Positions 18,958 to 28,962 of a stretch of DNA of 64,000 nt are shown in pieces (the stretch's first letter is position 1; every line of letters begins with the position of its first letter). The DNA is taken from positions 76,021 to 140,020 of the forward strand of contig PBID01000016.1 in NCBI GenBank assembly GCA_002719675.1, in the 5' to 3' direction. Source of the DNA: Chloroflexota bacterium. GTDB lineage: Bacteria > Chloroflexota > Dehalococcoidia > Lucifugimonadales > GCA-2719675. The position numbers were made by a program, and so were the translations under genes. The notes beneath the pieces were generated by a model. That model made no database searches. It was not told where the DNA came from and was given only the letters and a program-made list of their open reading frames with translations.

Positions 18958-19929
18958 TTAAAGGTTTGCTATGTTTACAGGATTACCTTGTATAAATGAA
19001 ATTATACTGTGCACAGCGCCTTCATTCAAGGCATCCATACATTCTGGAATTAGGTCAGCGTTATGGGGAGTAAGAATTACTTGTTCACATTTGAGTATTG
19101 GATGTGATTTTGGAATAGGTTCGATTTCGAATACATCTAAAGCTGCACCTCCAATATGTCCATTTTGAAGATATTTTACTAGGGCATTATTATCTATCAG
19201 TCCACCTCTAGCTGCATTGATAAAAAGTGTATTTTTTTTCATCATTTTGAATTCTTTTTCACCTAACATTTTTTCAGAATCTTGAGTTAATTTAACTTGA
19301 ATTGAAATGATATCTGATTTTTGAATTAGATGTTGTAATGAGACATATTTAAGATTGAGTGATTGTGCTTTTTCTACTGAAGGATTGAATGTCCATGCTA
19401 TAACATTTAATCCTAGGTTATTAGCTAAGTTAGCTATTTTAGATCCAATATTTCCAGTTCCAATTAATCCTATAGTTTTTCCACTTATGAAGTAATTAGG
19501 TTTTGTATTCCAGTTGCCAGATTTGATTTGTGTTGTTTGATAAGCAGTTCTTTTAGCTAAAGAAAACATTAACCCTATTACGTGTTCGGCGACATATTTT
19601 GAATTTACACCTGGAAGATTACTAACTAAAATGTTAGATTTTTTTGCGGCTACTAAGTCTATATTGTCTAAACCTACCCCACAAGTAGCAATCATTTTTA
19701 ATTTTGGTAATTTTTTGATTGAATGAGAATCCCATTTAATAGAGGCTCTAGTATTTAATATGATATCAGCATTTTTAACTCGTTGGATTTGGTCTTCAAT
19801 GTTTTTTGGTAAAGAGTCGAATAGAGTGATTTGTCCATGTTTTTTTAATGTTTCTAAGTGAGTAGATCCTTTAATTTGTAAAGGATAATCTCCTGGGATT
19901 ACTATAGACAAATCATCTTGCTTTTTCAT
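18958..19929 (-). CDS. D-isomer-specific 2-hydroxyacid dehydrogenase family
   Basis: GVGLDNID, GLIGTGNIG, INAARGG, LDVFEIEP, LTPH. Confidence 0.92.
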   Translation of the reverse strand: MKKQDDLSIVIPGDYPLQIKGSTHLETLKKHGQITLFDSLPKNIEDQIQRVKNADIILNTRASIKWDSHSIKKLPKLKMIATCGVGLDNIDLVAAKKSNILVSNLPGVNSKYVAEHVIGLMFSLAKRTAYQTTQIKSGNWNTKPNYFISGKTIGLIGTGNIGSKIANLANNLGLNVIAWTFNPSVEKAQSLNLKYVSLQHLIQKSDIISIQVKLTQDSEKMLGEKEFKMMKKNTLFINAARGGLIDNNALVKYLQNGHIGGAALDVFEIEPIPKSHPILKCEQVILTPHNADLIPECMDALNEGAVHSIISFIQGNPVNIANL

Positions 19930-19959
19930 TCAATTTTCCTGAAAATCATTTTATTTCAA

Positions 19960-20661
19960 TCAATTATATATTTTTTTGAGGATAAGTAATTTGTTTTTTG
20001 ATGTGATTTCCATAGCAAAATTTTCGCTATCAATTTTTAAAGCGTGCTCTAAATCTTTCGGATGAAATTGTGGCTGTGTAATATCATTAAATTGTTTTGC
20101 ACTTTCAGATTTCATAATTAAATCGATAACATGTTTTTTATCCATGGGTTTGTTTTCTAGTAAACTTTTTAAATATAAAGCACAAATTTCATCTTCCTCA
20201 GTTTTTTCAATTCCCTGATATCCCATAGCTACAATATATATATTATCTAGATTACGACTTTTGATGATGTCGGTAGTACTTTTAGCAGTCATTAAGCCAG
20301 TTGCAAAAATATGTGTACTATTATTTGTTTTAGCAGCTAAAGACACACCTAAAGTACCGGACCTAGTTGATTGGGCAATTTTTAATCCTGAAATTTTGTT
20401 GGCAATTGAGATTTCGTATGGAGAATTTCCGTGATCAAAGTTCAAAGGTTTGATTCCATTCACTTCTCCCATAGTAATGTTAGCTATCTGGTTTTTTTTA
20501 AGTTCAATAGCTTCTTCAATTGTTTCAGTTAGAAATATCGAATTTGCACCTTTGGAAAATGCTACAGCAGCTGTTGTGAATGCACGAAAAACATCGATGA
20601 TAATGACAGTCCCCGTAGCCTTTTTAGCTCCATGTTTTAAGCTGTCTAAAGTAATTTGCAT
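19960..20661 (-). CDS. 2-phosphosulfolactate phosphatase (ComB) family protein
   Basis: IIDVFRAFTT, GE...FDHGNSP, STRSGT, EDEICA. Confidence 0.88.
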   Translation of the reverse strand: MQITLDSLKHGAKKATGTVIIIDVFRAFTTAAVAFSKGANSIFLTETIEEAIELKKNQIANITMGEVNGIKPLNFDHGNSPYEISIANKISGLKIAQSTRSGTLGVSLAAKTNNSTHIFATGLMTAKSTTDIIKSRNLDNIYIVAMGYQGIEKTEEDEICALYLKSLLENKPMDKKHVIDLIMKSESAKQFNDITQPQFHPKDLEHALKIDSENFAMEITSKNKLLILKKIYN

Positions 20662-20689
20662 TCTATCTTAATTAACTCACCAGTAAAGA

Positions 20690-21589
20690 TTAAATTTCAG
20701 GCATTTTAAATGAAATGTCTTCATTAGCTCCTACGACAGGTATTACTTTTTCTGGTTTCAAGAAATCTATTACAACATTAACTTGTTCTTCAGGAGTAGA
20801 AGCTCCAGAAGTAATACCTACTTTTTTGATATTTTTTAGCCATTCTTTTTGGATTTGTTTTGGAGAGTTGATCAGTTTCGCTTGAACACCATATGATTCA
20901 GCAACTTCCCTTAAACGATTACAGTTAGAGCTATTTTCTGATCCAATGACCAATATTATTTCGACCATTTTGCATAATTTTTTTACAACGTGTTGTCTGT
21001 TTGTTGTCGCATAGCAAATATCGTTTCTAACAACTACGTTATTGAAATTGTTTTGAATTGTGGAAATTGACCTTTCAGTATCATCTTCAGATAGTGTAGT
21101 TTGAGTTAAAATTGTGAGGGGTGTATTTTTTTCCCATTTAGGGAGATTGGGGTTTGTTTTTTCTCGGTCATCTATTAAATGCATTTGCTCTTGTCCCATA
21201 GTTCCTTTAACTTCTTGGTGTCCTTCATGGCCAACTAAAATAAGTTTCCGGCCATCCTTTGAGTATTTTTTTGCCTCATTATGCACTTTGGTTACTAGTG
21301 GACAAGTTGCATCTAGAACTTGTAAATTTCTAGATTTTGCTTCCTCAAAATCTGATGGAGCAGAACCATGAGCTGAGAAAACAACTTTTTCTCCTTCAGG
21401 AATTTCGGAAACTTTTTCTACAGTAATTGCGCCTTTTTGTTCAAGTTGATTGACAACGTATGAGTTGTGAACAATTTGATGTTTAACGTAAATGGGAGGT
21501 CCATATTTTTCAATAGCAATTTCTACGCTGTCTATTGCTCTTACAACTCCTGCGCAAAATCCTCTAGGAGATCCAAGGAATACTATCAT
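20690..21589 (-). CDS. ispH: 4-hydroxy-3-methylbut-2-enyl diphosphate reductase
   Basis: RGFCAGVVRAI, IVHN, SAHG, DATCPLV, QTT, ICYAT, SSN, GASTP. Confidence 0.97.
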   Translation of the reverse strand: MIVFLGSPRGFCAGVVRAIDSVEIAIEKYGPPIYVKHQIVHNSYVVNQLEQKGAITVEKVSEIPEGEKVVFSAHGSAPSDFEEAKSRNLQVLDATCPLVTKVHNEAKKYSKDGRKLILVGHEGHQEVKGTMGQEQMHLIDDREKTNPNLPKWEKNTPLTILTQTTLSEDDTERSISTIQNNFNNVVVRNDICYATTNRQHVVKKLCKMVEIILVIGSENSSNCNRLREVAESYGVQAKLINSPKQIQKEWLKNIKKVGITSGASTPEEQVNVVIDFLKPEKVIPVVGANEDISFKMPEI

Positions 21590-21821
21590 TGTAATTTTTT
21601 CTCCTCATATAATCTTATGTATTAAACAATACAAAAACTATTTAACTTCCTTTAAATTATAAGGTATATAAGAAAAAAATGGGTATATTTTACTAGCTTT
21701 TTAATCAGCCTCATGGTGTATATTTTTGTTTTTTGATATGCTAGTCTAGTTTTGTTATGTACTTGCAACAAATTTTTCTTCTTTGATTGTTGCATATATT
21801 TAAATAACTATTAAGGAGTGT

Positions 21822-22994
21822 GTGAAAATGAAGTTGGCTTCGAGGATGGATAGACTAGGAACAGAGACAGCTTTTGAGGTTTTAGCTAAGGCTAAGAAAC
21901 TTGAAGCGGAGGGAAAAGAAATAATTCATTTAGAAATAGGTGAACCAGATTTTGATACTCCAAATAATATTGTAGAAGCTGGTCGAGTTGCTTTGTCAAA
22001 TGGATTTACCCATTATGGGCCTTCTCCTGGTTTAATGGAAGTTAGAGATACAATAGCTCAAGAGGTTAGAGAGACTCGGGGGATAGATGTTACTGCAGAG
22101 AATGTTGTCATAACTCCCGGAGCGAAACCAATTATGTTTTTTGTGATTATGGCTTTAATTGATGAAGGAGATGAAGTTCTATATCCTAATCCAGGATTTC
22201 CAATTTATGAATCAATGATAAATTTTGTTGGTGGTGTCCCTGTACCTATGGAATTGTCTATGGATTTAAATTTTGATATTGACTTAGATAAAGTAATTGA
22301 AAGCATCACTCCTAAAACTAAAATGATCATAGTTAATTCTCCCAATAATCCTTGTGGAAGTATTGTCAGTAAATCTTCTTTAACCAAGTTAGCTGATTTA
22401 GCCTGCCAAAATGATATTATTGTTTTGTCAGATGAAATTTATCGTCGTTTTTTATATGGCGGAGACTTTCAAAGTATTTCCAGTTTTAATGGGATGATTG
22501 ACCGGACGATTATTTTAGATGGTCTGTCAAAAACTTATGCAATGACTGGTTGGAGAATTGGATATGGAGTCATGCCCATAGATCTTGTTGATTCTATTTC
22601 TAAATTATCTACAAATTCTGTTTCTTGTACTGCTTCATTTACTCAAATAGCTGCATCTGAAGCAATTACTGGTCCTCAAGAAAGAGCTTTGGAAATTGTT
22701 GAAGAATTCAATAGGCGAAGACATATCATTGTGAATGGTTTGAATTCTATTAAAGGAATTAACTGTCCAATGCCTGAGGGAGCATTTTATGTGTTTCCTA
22801 GTATAAAAGATACAGGTATGGAGAGTAGATTTTTTGCTGACAAATTATTACAAGATTTTGGCGTAGCATCTTTAGCAGGTGAATCTTTTGGTGAGTTTGG
22901 AAAAGGACATCTTAGATTTTCTTTTGCAAATTCTGTTGAAAATATTGAGAAGGCATTGGATAAAATTAATGAATTTGTTCAGAGTAATTCTTAA
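21822..22994 (+). CDS. Class I/II PLP aminotransferase (aspartate aminotransferase-like)
   Basis: IGEPDF, NSPNNPCG, SDEIY, SKTYAMTGWRIG, GAFY, RFSFA. Confidence 0.93.
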   Translation: MKMKLASRMDRLGTETAFEVLAKAKKLEAEGKEIIHLEIGEPDFDTPNNIVEAGRVALSNGFTHYGPSPGLMEVRDTIAQEVRETRGIDVTAENVVITPGAKPIMFFVIMALIDEGDEVLYPNPGFPIYESMINFVGGVPVPMELSMDLNFDIDLDKVIESITPKTKMIIVNSPNNPCGSIVSKSSLTKLADLACQNDIIVLSDEIYRRFLYGGDFQSISSFNGMIDRTIILDGLSKTYAMTGWRIGYGVMPIDLVDSISKLSTNSVSCTASFTQIAASEAITGPQERALEIVEEFNRRRHIIVNGLNSIKGINCPMPEGAFYVFPSIKDTGMESRFFADKLLQDFGVASLAGESFGEFGKGHLRFSFANSVENIEKALDKINEFVQSNS

Positions 22995-23099
22995 TTTTTT
23001 ATTGAAATTTTGTTTGAATTTCAAATTAATCATTAAGTGATTTTGTCATTTGTATCATATAATTAAGTAAGAATTTAGTTATTTTGTTTGGGATTTGAT

Positions 23100-24116
23100 A
23101 TGTATAAACATAAAATAGCGATAGTAGGGGCGACAGGAGCAGTAGGAACTGTTTTTTTGAAAATGCTGGAGGATAGGAAATATCCTTCTGAGTTATTAAG
23201 AATATTTGCATCTAAAAGATCTTTGGGTAAAAAAATTGATTATTTGGATGATCATTTATTTGTTGAGGAAATACAAGAGGATTCATTTTTTGATTCAGAT
23301 TTTGTTTTTATTTCAGCAACTACTAGTATTAGTGAATCGATTGCAGAATTGGCGGTTAAAAGCGGGGCTATTGTGATTGATGATAGTTCTGCATTTAGAT
23401 TGTCTGAAGAAGTACCTCTTGTAATCCCAGAAATTAATTCGAAAGATTTGACTGCTCATAAAGGTATTGTTTCAATACCTAATTGTTCGACTACACCTTT
23501 AGCTATGGTGTTAGCATGTTTGACCCAGTTAAGTCGTCCATTAAGAGTGATCACAGATACATATCAATCTGTTTCTGGGACTGGTTCTGCAGCTGTTTCT
23601 GAGTTGTTAAATCAATCAAAATCTGTTGCTGTAGGAAAAGAAGTATTGAAAGACGTTTATCCTCATCAAATTGCTTTTAATCTTTTCCCTCACATTGATG
23701 ATTTACAATCAAATGGATACACCAAAGAAGAAATGAAAATGGTTTTAGAAACAAAAAAAATTTTACATAGACCCGATCTTGAAATTTCTGCAACTTGTGT
23801 TCGTGTTCCCGTAATTGTAAGTCATAGCCAATCGGTTCACATAGAATTTGAAAATGAAGTCAAAGTTGATGATGCAATAGAGAAACTTGATAATTTTCCT
23901 GGGATTAAGATTTTAGATGACTTAAATAATAATATTTATCCTACTCCACTTGATGCCGCAGGAAAGGATGATGTATTTGTTGGCCGTGTTAGGGCAGATA
24001 GCTATAGGTCTAATATATTAGTCTTATGGGTTGTAACCGATAATTTAAGAAAAGGTGCTGCTTTGAATGCATTACAGATATCAGATTCTATGATTGAAAT
24101 GAAATTGGTTGTATAA
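23100..24116 (+). CDS. asd: Aspartate-semialdehyde dehydrogenase
   Basis: VGATGAVG, PNCST, YQSVSGTG, TCVRVPV, DNLRKGAALNA; ATG 23100 taken as the start. Confidence 0.96.
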   Translation: MYKHKIAIVGATGAVGTVFLKMLEDRKYPSELLRIFASKRSLGKKIDYLDDHLFVEEIQEDSFFDSDFVFISATTSISESIAELAVKSGAIVIDDSSAFRLSEEVPLVIPEINSKDLTAHKGIVSIPNCSTTPLAMVLACLTQLSRPLRVITDTYQSVSGTGSAAVSELLNQSKSVAVGKEVLKDVYPHQIAFNLFPHIDDLQSNGYTKEEMKMVLETKKILHRPDLEISATCVRVPVIVSHSQSVHIEFENEVKVDDAIEKLDNFPGIKILDDLNNNIYPTPLDAAGKDDVFVGRVRADSYRSNILVLWVVTDNLRKGAALNALQISDSMIEMKLVV

Positions 24117-24139
24117 TTTAAAGAGTAACATTATTTCAT

Positions 24140-25048
24140 TTGAAAAGGATTTTTACATTGAAAATAGGTAGACTACTTACTGCAATGGTTACTCCTTTTG
24201 ATCCTTCAGGTAACATTGATTATCCTCAAGCTCGAAAATTAGCTTCAGCTTTGGTACGCTCTGGGAGTGATGGTCTTGTAATAGGAGGTACTACCGGAGA
24301 ATCTCCATCTATGACGGATGAGGAGAAAATCAGATTATTTGCTGAAGTCAAATCCGAGGTAGCTGAGAGGGCATCTGTTATAGCAGGGACTACTGATAAT
24401 AATCATCAAAAATCTCTTGAATTATCTATTGAAGCAGAGAAAGTAGGAGTTGATGCTTTATTGTTGACTGTCCCGGCATATAATAAACCTACTCAAGAGG
24501 GTTTGTTCAGGCATTTTAAAAAAATATCAGAAGCAACAGATTTGCCTGGTATTCTTTATAATGTTCCTTCTAGAACTTCTTTAAATATGGATGTTAGTAC
24601 CACTTTGAGATTATCAGAAATCGAGAACATTATTGGTATTAAAGAAGCATCTAGTGATCAATTTCAGATTACTCAAATTATTGACCAAGCACCTGATGGT
24701 TTTTTAGTTTGGAGCGGTAATGATGACGAAACTTTTCAAATCATGTCGGTTGGAGGTTATGGAATTGTTAGTGTTGCTTCAAATATAATTGGCTTGCAAA
24801 TAAAAAATATGATCACTTTGCTTTTAAGTGGTCAATTTTCAGATGCTGCTATCTTACACAGGAAACTGTTGCCCATTTTTAAAGGGTTATTTTGGGTGAC
24901 TAATCCTATACCTATTAAATATGCTTTAAATAAATCTGGGTTTCATGTTGGATCTACAAGATTACCTTTGTATGAACCAGATATTGATTTTTCAAAAAAC
25001 TTTGACTCATTGATTTCAAATTATGAAATTGATGTAACTAATGTGTAA
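24140..25048 (+). CDS. dapA: 4-hydroxy-tetrahydrodipicolinate synthase
   Basis: TAMVTPF, GTTGES, PAYNKP, YNVPSRT, GIKEAS, NPIPIK. The true start may be TTG 24158. Confidence 0.96.
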   Translation: MKRIFTLKIGRLLTAMVTPFDPSGNIDYPQARKLASALVRSGSDGLVIGGTTGESPSMTDEEKIRLFAEVKSEVAERASVIAGTTDNNHQKSLELSIEAEKVGVDALLLTVPAYNKPTQEGLFRHFKKISEATDLPGILYNVPSRTSLNMDVSTTLRLSEIENIIGIKEASSDQFQITQIIDQAPDGFLVWSGNDDETFQIMSVGGYGIVSVASNIIGLQIKNMITLLLSGQFSDAAILHRKLLPIFKGLFWVTNPIPIKYALNKSGFHVGSTRLPLYEPDIDFSKNFDSLISNYEIDVTNV

Positions 25049-27347
25049 TTGTTTTATGTTTGTTTCCTTACGATCTATTAAAAAATCCAAAATTTCTTTA
25101 TTTGTAATATTCTCTTTTGGGTTAATGTTTTTTAGTTTTGCAGATTTGGGTGCTGCTGGATGGAAATCTTTAGGACCTTTAGGAGGGACACCTTGGTCTA
25201 TAGCTTTTTCTCCTTCATTCGAACAGGATGGAAATATTTTTATCGGAACTAACAAGGGGATTTATAAATCTATTGATAAAGGAAGATCTTGGCGTCAATC
25301 TACAAAGGGAATTGGTAGAAAGCTAGTCCCAACTATTGAAATTTCTCCTAATTTTCAAGACGATCAAACTCTATTTGTAGGGACTGCTAGAGGGGAATTA
25401 TTTGTTACACAGGATGCAGGAGAAAACTGGAAGATGGTTTTCAAAGGCCCAGAACTCCGATCGAATAGTTCTATGACTTCTTCTAGCTTGGAAGCAATTT
25501 CTATTTCTCCAAATTTTGCGAATGATAGTACCGTTTTTGTAGGAGTATTTGGCGGGTATGTTTATCGTTCAACGGATAGAGGACTTTCATGGGAACAGTT
25601 TAAGAAAGGATTAGATAGTAAGTACACTCTTGCCTTAGGTATTTCTCCAAATTTTTCTAGTGACGGAACTCTTTTTGCTGGCACAATCGATAAAGGTATA
25701 TTTGTTTCATATGATAGAGGTGAAACATGGAAATTCACAGGCGAAGGATTACCTGATAAATTTATTCAAAGAATTGTTGTTTCTTCTAATTATTCAAATG
25801 ATCAAACAGTTTTTTTGGCAATGCCTGGTGAAGGATTGTTTATATCTAGAAACCAGGGTAAATCATGGGTAAGAACTGGAGATGGTTTAGATAACAACTA
25901 TGTAAGAACTATAGATTTGTCTAATAATTATTCAAATGATCAAACACTTTATGTTGGAGCTTCATTCGGAATGATTTTTAAGTCAGTGAATGCTGGTGAA
26001 ACTTGGACAAGGGTTAACGAAGCGAAAAGGGAAGCTATATATGGAAGGAATATACAAGATAAGCAAATTAGGTCTCTTGCTTTATCACCAAATTTTACTA
26101 ATGATGGGATAATTTTTTCTGGAACATCTGCTGGACTTTTTTATTCAGATGATTCAGGTGTTAAGTGGGTAAAAGTTACTGAAGGTCTAACAATTTCAAC
26201 AATTAGAACTTTATCTATTTCTCCAAATTTTGTGAATGATGGCATTGTGTTTGCTGGCACCAATAACACAGGCATTTTTAAGTCAGTGAATGCTGGTGAA
26301 ACTTGGATGCAGGCTAATTTTGGTCTAGACAATTTGAAAATTTGGATGATTGATATTTCACCAGATTTTGTTAACGATCAAACGATTTTTGCTACTGGAA
26401 AAACTGGATTATATAAATCTGTTGATGCGGGTGATTCTTGGGTACCTTTGTCCAGAGATTCTTTTAAAGGTGTTATTCAAGCGGTAGATATTTCAGAGAA
26501 TTTCAAAGAAGATACAACTTTGTTTATAGCTACAACAGATGGAGCATTTAAATCAATTAATGCTGGTGAAACTTGGGAAAATATTAGTGAAAATTATTTT
26601 CAAAGTAGGATATTGGAAATAACTTCTTCACCAAATTTTGCTAACGATAAAACAATGTATATAGGAACTCTAGGAGATTTTGTATATAAATCTGTTGATG
26701 CGGGTGATTCTTGGGTAAAAATTTATCATGAAACTCATTCTGATCTTTCAGTGCATTCAATTGATATGTCTTTAAATTTTTCTGAAGATCAAACACTGAT
26801 AATTGGTACTAACTTGGGAGCATTTAAATCAGTTGATGGTGGTGAAAATTGGATCAATATGTATGAAGGATTGCCAGTTTCACATAAAATGATCTCTTCT
26901 GTAAAAATTGCGTCTGACGGGACAATGTTTGTTGGATTACCTAATGAAGGTATTTTTAAAAGTGATGATTCTGGAAAATCGTGGGGTCAAATAAATTTTG
27001 GATTGTTTAATGACTATGTATCTGTTATAGATGTTTCTCCAAATTTTGCGAATGATCAAATTATATATGCAGGTACTCTAGGTAGCGGTGTATTTCGAAG
27101 TAGTGAGTTTAAGGCAGCACCTGAACCTACTCCTATTCCAGTACCTCAAACTTTATATTTTAGTGAAGAATCTTGGAATACACTTGGTTACGTGTTTGGA
27201 ATCTTGGCATTAATGGTATTTATATTAATTGTCATGTATAGGAAAGCCTTAATAAGACTTTTATCTTCTAACAAAGAAATTTCAGGAAATGCAACTTGGA
27301 ATGAAATTTTGAAGAATACTTCTTCAAAACCCGATGAAGATAATTAA
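25041..27347 (+). CDS. Secreted, membrane-anchored BNR/Asp-box beta-propeller repeat protein
   Basis: N-terminal signal-like segment, about 13-14 repeats of SPNFxxDxT(L/V)FxGT...KSxDxGxxW, Pro-rich linker PEPTPIPVP and a C-terminal TM helix. Confidence 0.85.
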   Translation: MCNCFMFVSLRSIKKSKISLFVIFSFGLMFFSFADLGAAGWKSLGPLGGTPWSIAFSPSFEQDGNIFIGTNKGIYKSIDKGRSWRQSTKGIGRKLVPTIEISPNFQDDQTLFVGTARGELFVTQDAGENWKMVFKGPELRSNSSMTSSSLEAISISPNFANDSTVFVGVFGGYVYRSTDRGLSWEQFKKGLDSKYTLALGISPNFSSDGTLFAGTIDKGIFVSYDRGETWKFTGEGLPDKFIQRIVVSSNYSNDQTVFLAMPGEGLFISRNQGKSWVRTGDGLDNNYVRTIDLSNNYSNDQTLYVGASFGMIFKSVNAGETWTRVNEAKREAIYGRNIQDKQIRSLALSPNFTNDGIIFSGTSAGLFYSDDSGVKWVKVTEGLTISTIRTLSISPNFVNDGIVFAGTNNTGIFKSVNAGETWMQANFGLDNLKIWMIDISPDFVNDQTIFATGKTGLYKSVDAGDSWVPLSRDSFKGVIQAVDISENFKEDTTLFIATTDGAFKSINAGETWENISENYFQSRILEITSSPNFANDKTMYIGTLGDFVYKSVDAGDSWVKIYHETHSDLSVHSIDMSLNFSEDQTLIIGTNLGAFKSVDGGENWINMYEGLPVSHKMISSVKIASDGTMFVGLPNEGIFKSDDSGKSWGQINFGLFNDYVSVIDVSPNFANDQIIYAGTLGSGVFRSSEFKAAPEPTPIPVPQTLYFSEESWNTLGYVFGILALMVFILIVMYRKALIRLLSSNKEISGNATWNEILKNTSSKPDEDN

Positions 27348-27348
27348 T

Positions 27349-28635
27349 TCAAAATATTGGGTTTACAAGGATGGTTTCTTTTCGATGTGGACCAGTAGAG
27401 ATTATGTTAATTGGAATACCAATCAATTCTTCAACACGATCTACATATTTTCTAGCACCCAAAGGGAGTTTAGATATATCAGTTAGTCCAGCAGTTTTAG
27501 TAGACCAACCTGGAATTTCTTCGTAGACTGGAGTGCATTTTTCAAGGATTGAAATATTTCCTGGAAAGTCAGTAACTTTTTCTCCTTCTAATTCATAATG
27601 AGTACATATTTTGATTGAATCAAAATTGTCAAGAACATCTAACCTGGTCAGCACAAGAGAGGTATAGCCGTTGATTCTAGCACTATATCTAGCAGCAACT
27701 GAATCAAACCATCCAACTCGTCTGGCTCTTCCAGTTGTAGCTCCAAATTCTTGAGCGAGTTCTCTAATGAGTTCTCCTTGTTCGTTTAATAATTCAGTAA
27801 CAAATGGACCTCCTCCAACTCGTGTACTATAAGCTTTGAAAACTCCAAGTACGATATCTATTTGAGAGGATAATAGTCCTAAGCCAGTACATGCGCCTCC
27901 AATAGTTGGGTGTGACGAAGTTACAAAAGGATAAGTTCCATGATCTAAGTCTAAAAGGGCACCTTGTGCACCTTCAACAATTAAATTTTTATTAGATTCA
28001 ATGGAATCATAAACAATATGTTCTACAGAATCAATAAATGGAGTAAGGGTTTTTGACCAAGACAAACACTTTTGATGAATTTCATCAATAGAAACAGGTT
28101 CTTTTTTGTGTACATTTTGTATGATTGCATTATGATGAGTTAGAACTGATTCTAGTCTTGAAAATAGAGTGTCAACATCTTTGAAATCTGCAGCTCTTAT
28201 TCCAATTCTTGCAGCTTTATCTGTATAAGCTGGCCCGATACCTCTGCCTGTCGTTCCAATAGCTTCGTTACCTTTAGCAATTTCGTTCAGATTATCTAAA
28301 ATGACATGATAAGGCATTACTATATGAGCTCGTTCACTAATTTTTACTCTATCAGATACATTTTGTTTTTTTTGTTCGAGCTCACTAATTTCTGATAAAA
28401 ATACATCTGGATTAACGACTACACCATTTCCTATTACACCTTGAACTTTAGGCCATAAGACACCTACGGGGATTAAGTGGAAAACAAATTTCCCATCATC
28501 GTTAATTACTGTATGGCCAGCATTATTTCCACCTGAAAACCTTGCAACAATATCAGTTTTTTCAGATAGATAATCAACTATTTTACCTTTCGCTTCATCT
28601 CCCCATTGACCACCCAAAACGGCACAAACTGTCAC
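27349..28635 (-). CDS. purA: Adenylosuccinate synthase
   Basis: QWGDEAKGKIVD, GGNNAGHT, EGAQG..LDLDHGTYPFVTSS, GATTGRARR. Confidence 0.98.
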   Translation of the reverse strand: MTVCAVLGGQWGDEAKGKIVDYLSEKTDIVARFSGGNNAGHTVINDDGKFVFHLIPVGVLWPKVQGVIGNGVVVNPDVFLSEISELEQKKQNVSDRVKISERAHIVMPYHVILDNLNEIAKGNEAIGTTGRGIGPAYTDKAARIGIRAADFKDVDTLFSRLESVLTHHNAIIQNVHKKEPVSIDEIHQKCLSWSKTLTPFIDSVEHIVYDSIESNKNLIVEGAQGALLDLDHGTYPFVTSSHPTIGGACTGLGLLSSQIDIVLGVFKAYSTRVGGGPFVTELLNEQGELIRELAQEFGATTGRARRVGWFDSVAARYSARINGYTSLVLTRLDVLDNFDSIKICTHYELEGEKVTDFPGNISILEKCTPVYEEIPGWSTKTAGLTDISKLPLGARKYVDRVEELIGIPINIISTGPHRKETILVNPIF

Positions 28636-28962
28636 TTCAACTCCTTAGTGTGTAGTATTAAGTATGTTTTAAAACAAGACCTGTTGGGGAGTATATCAGA
28701 GCTTTTCTTAAGTGGAAAGATTAGAATAAATTAATATTGATAAAGAATCTAAAATTCTTGAAATTTTTATATAGATTTCAATTTATTTATATATAATTTC
28801 TGTAAAAGTAAAAATATTTAATTTCAATAATTTTTTAATCTTATTTAGTTTAGATTGATTTTTAATTGCACTTTTATTCCTATTTTAATAACATATTATA
28901 GTAAACGTGTTTATCGGGTTGTTTTTAAATTTTCTCTCGTTATTTAACAAGGAGATTTTCCT

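Noticed and set aside
23002-23024. TTGAAATT-N7-AATTTCAA inverted repeat after the aminotransferase gene
   Set aside because: Nearly all AT with no convincing U tract; expected by chance at this composition.
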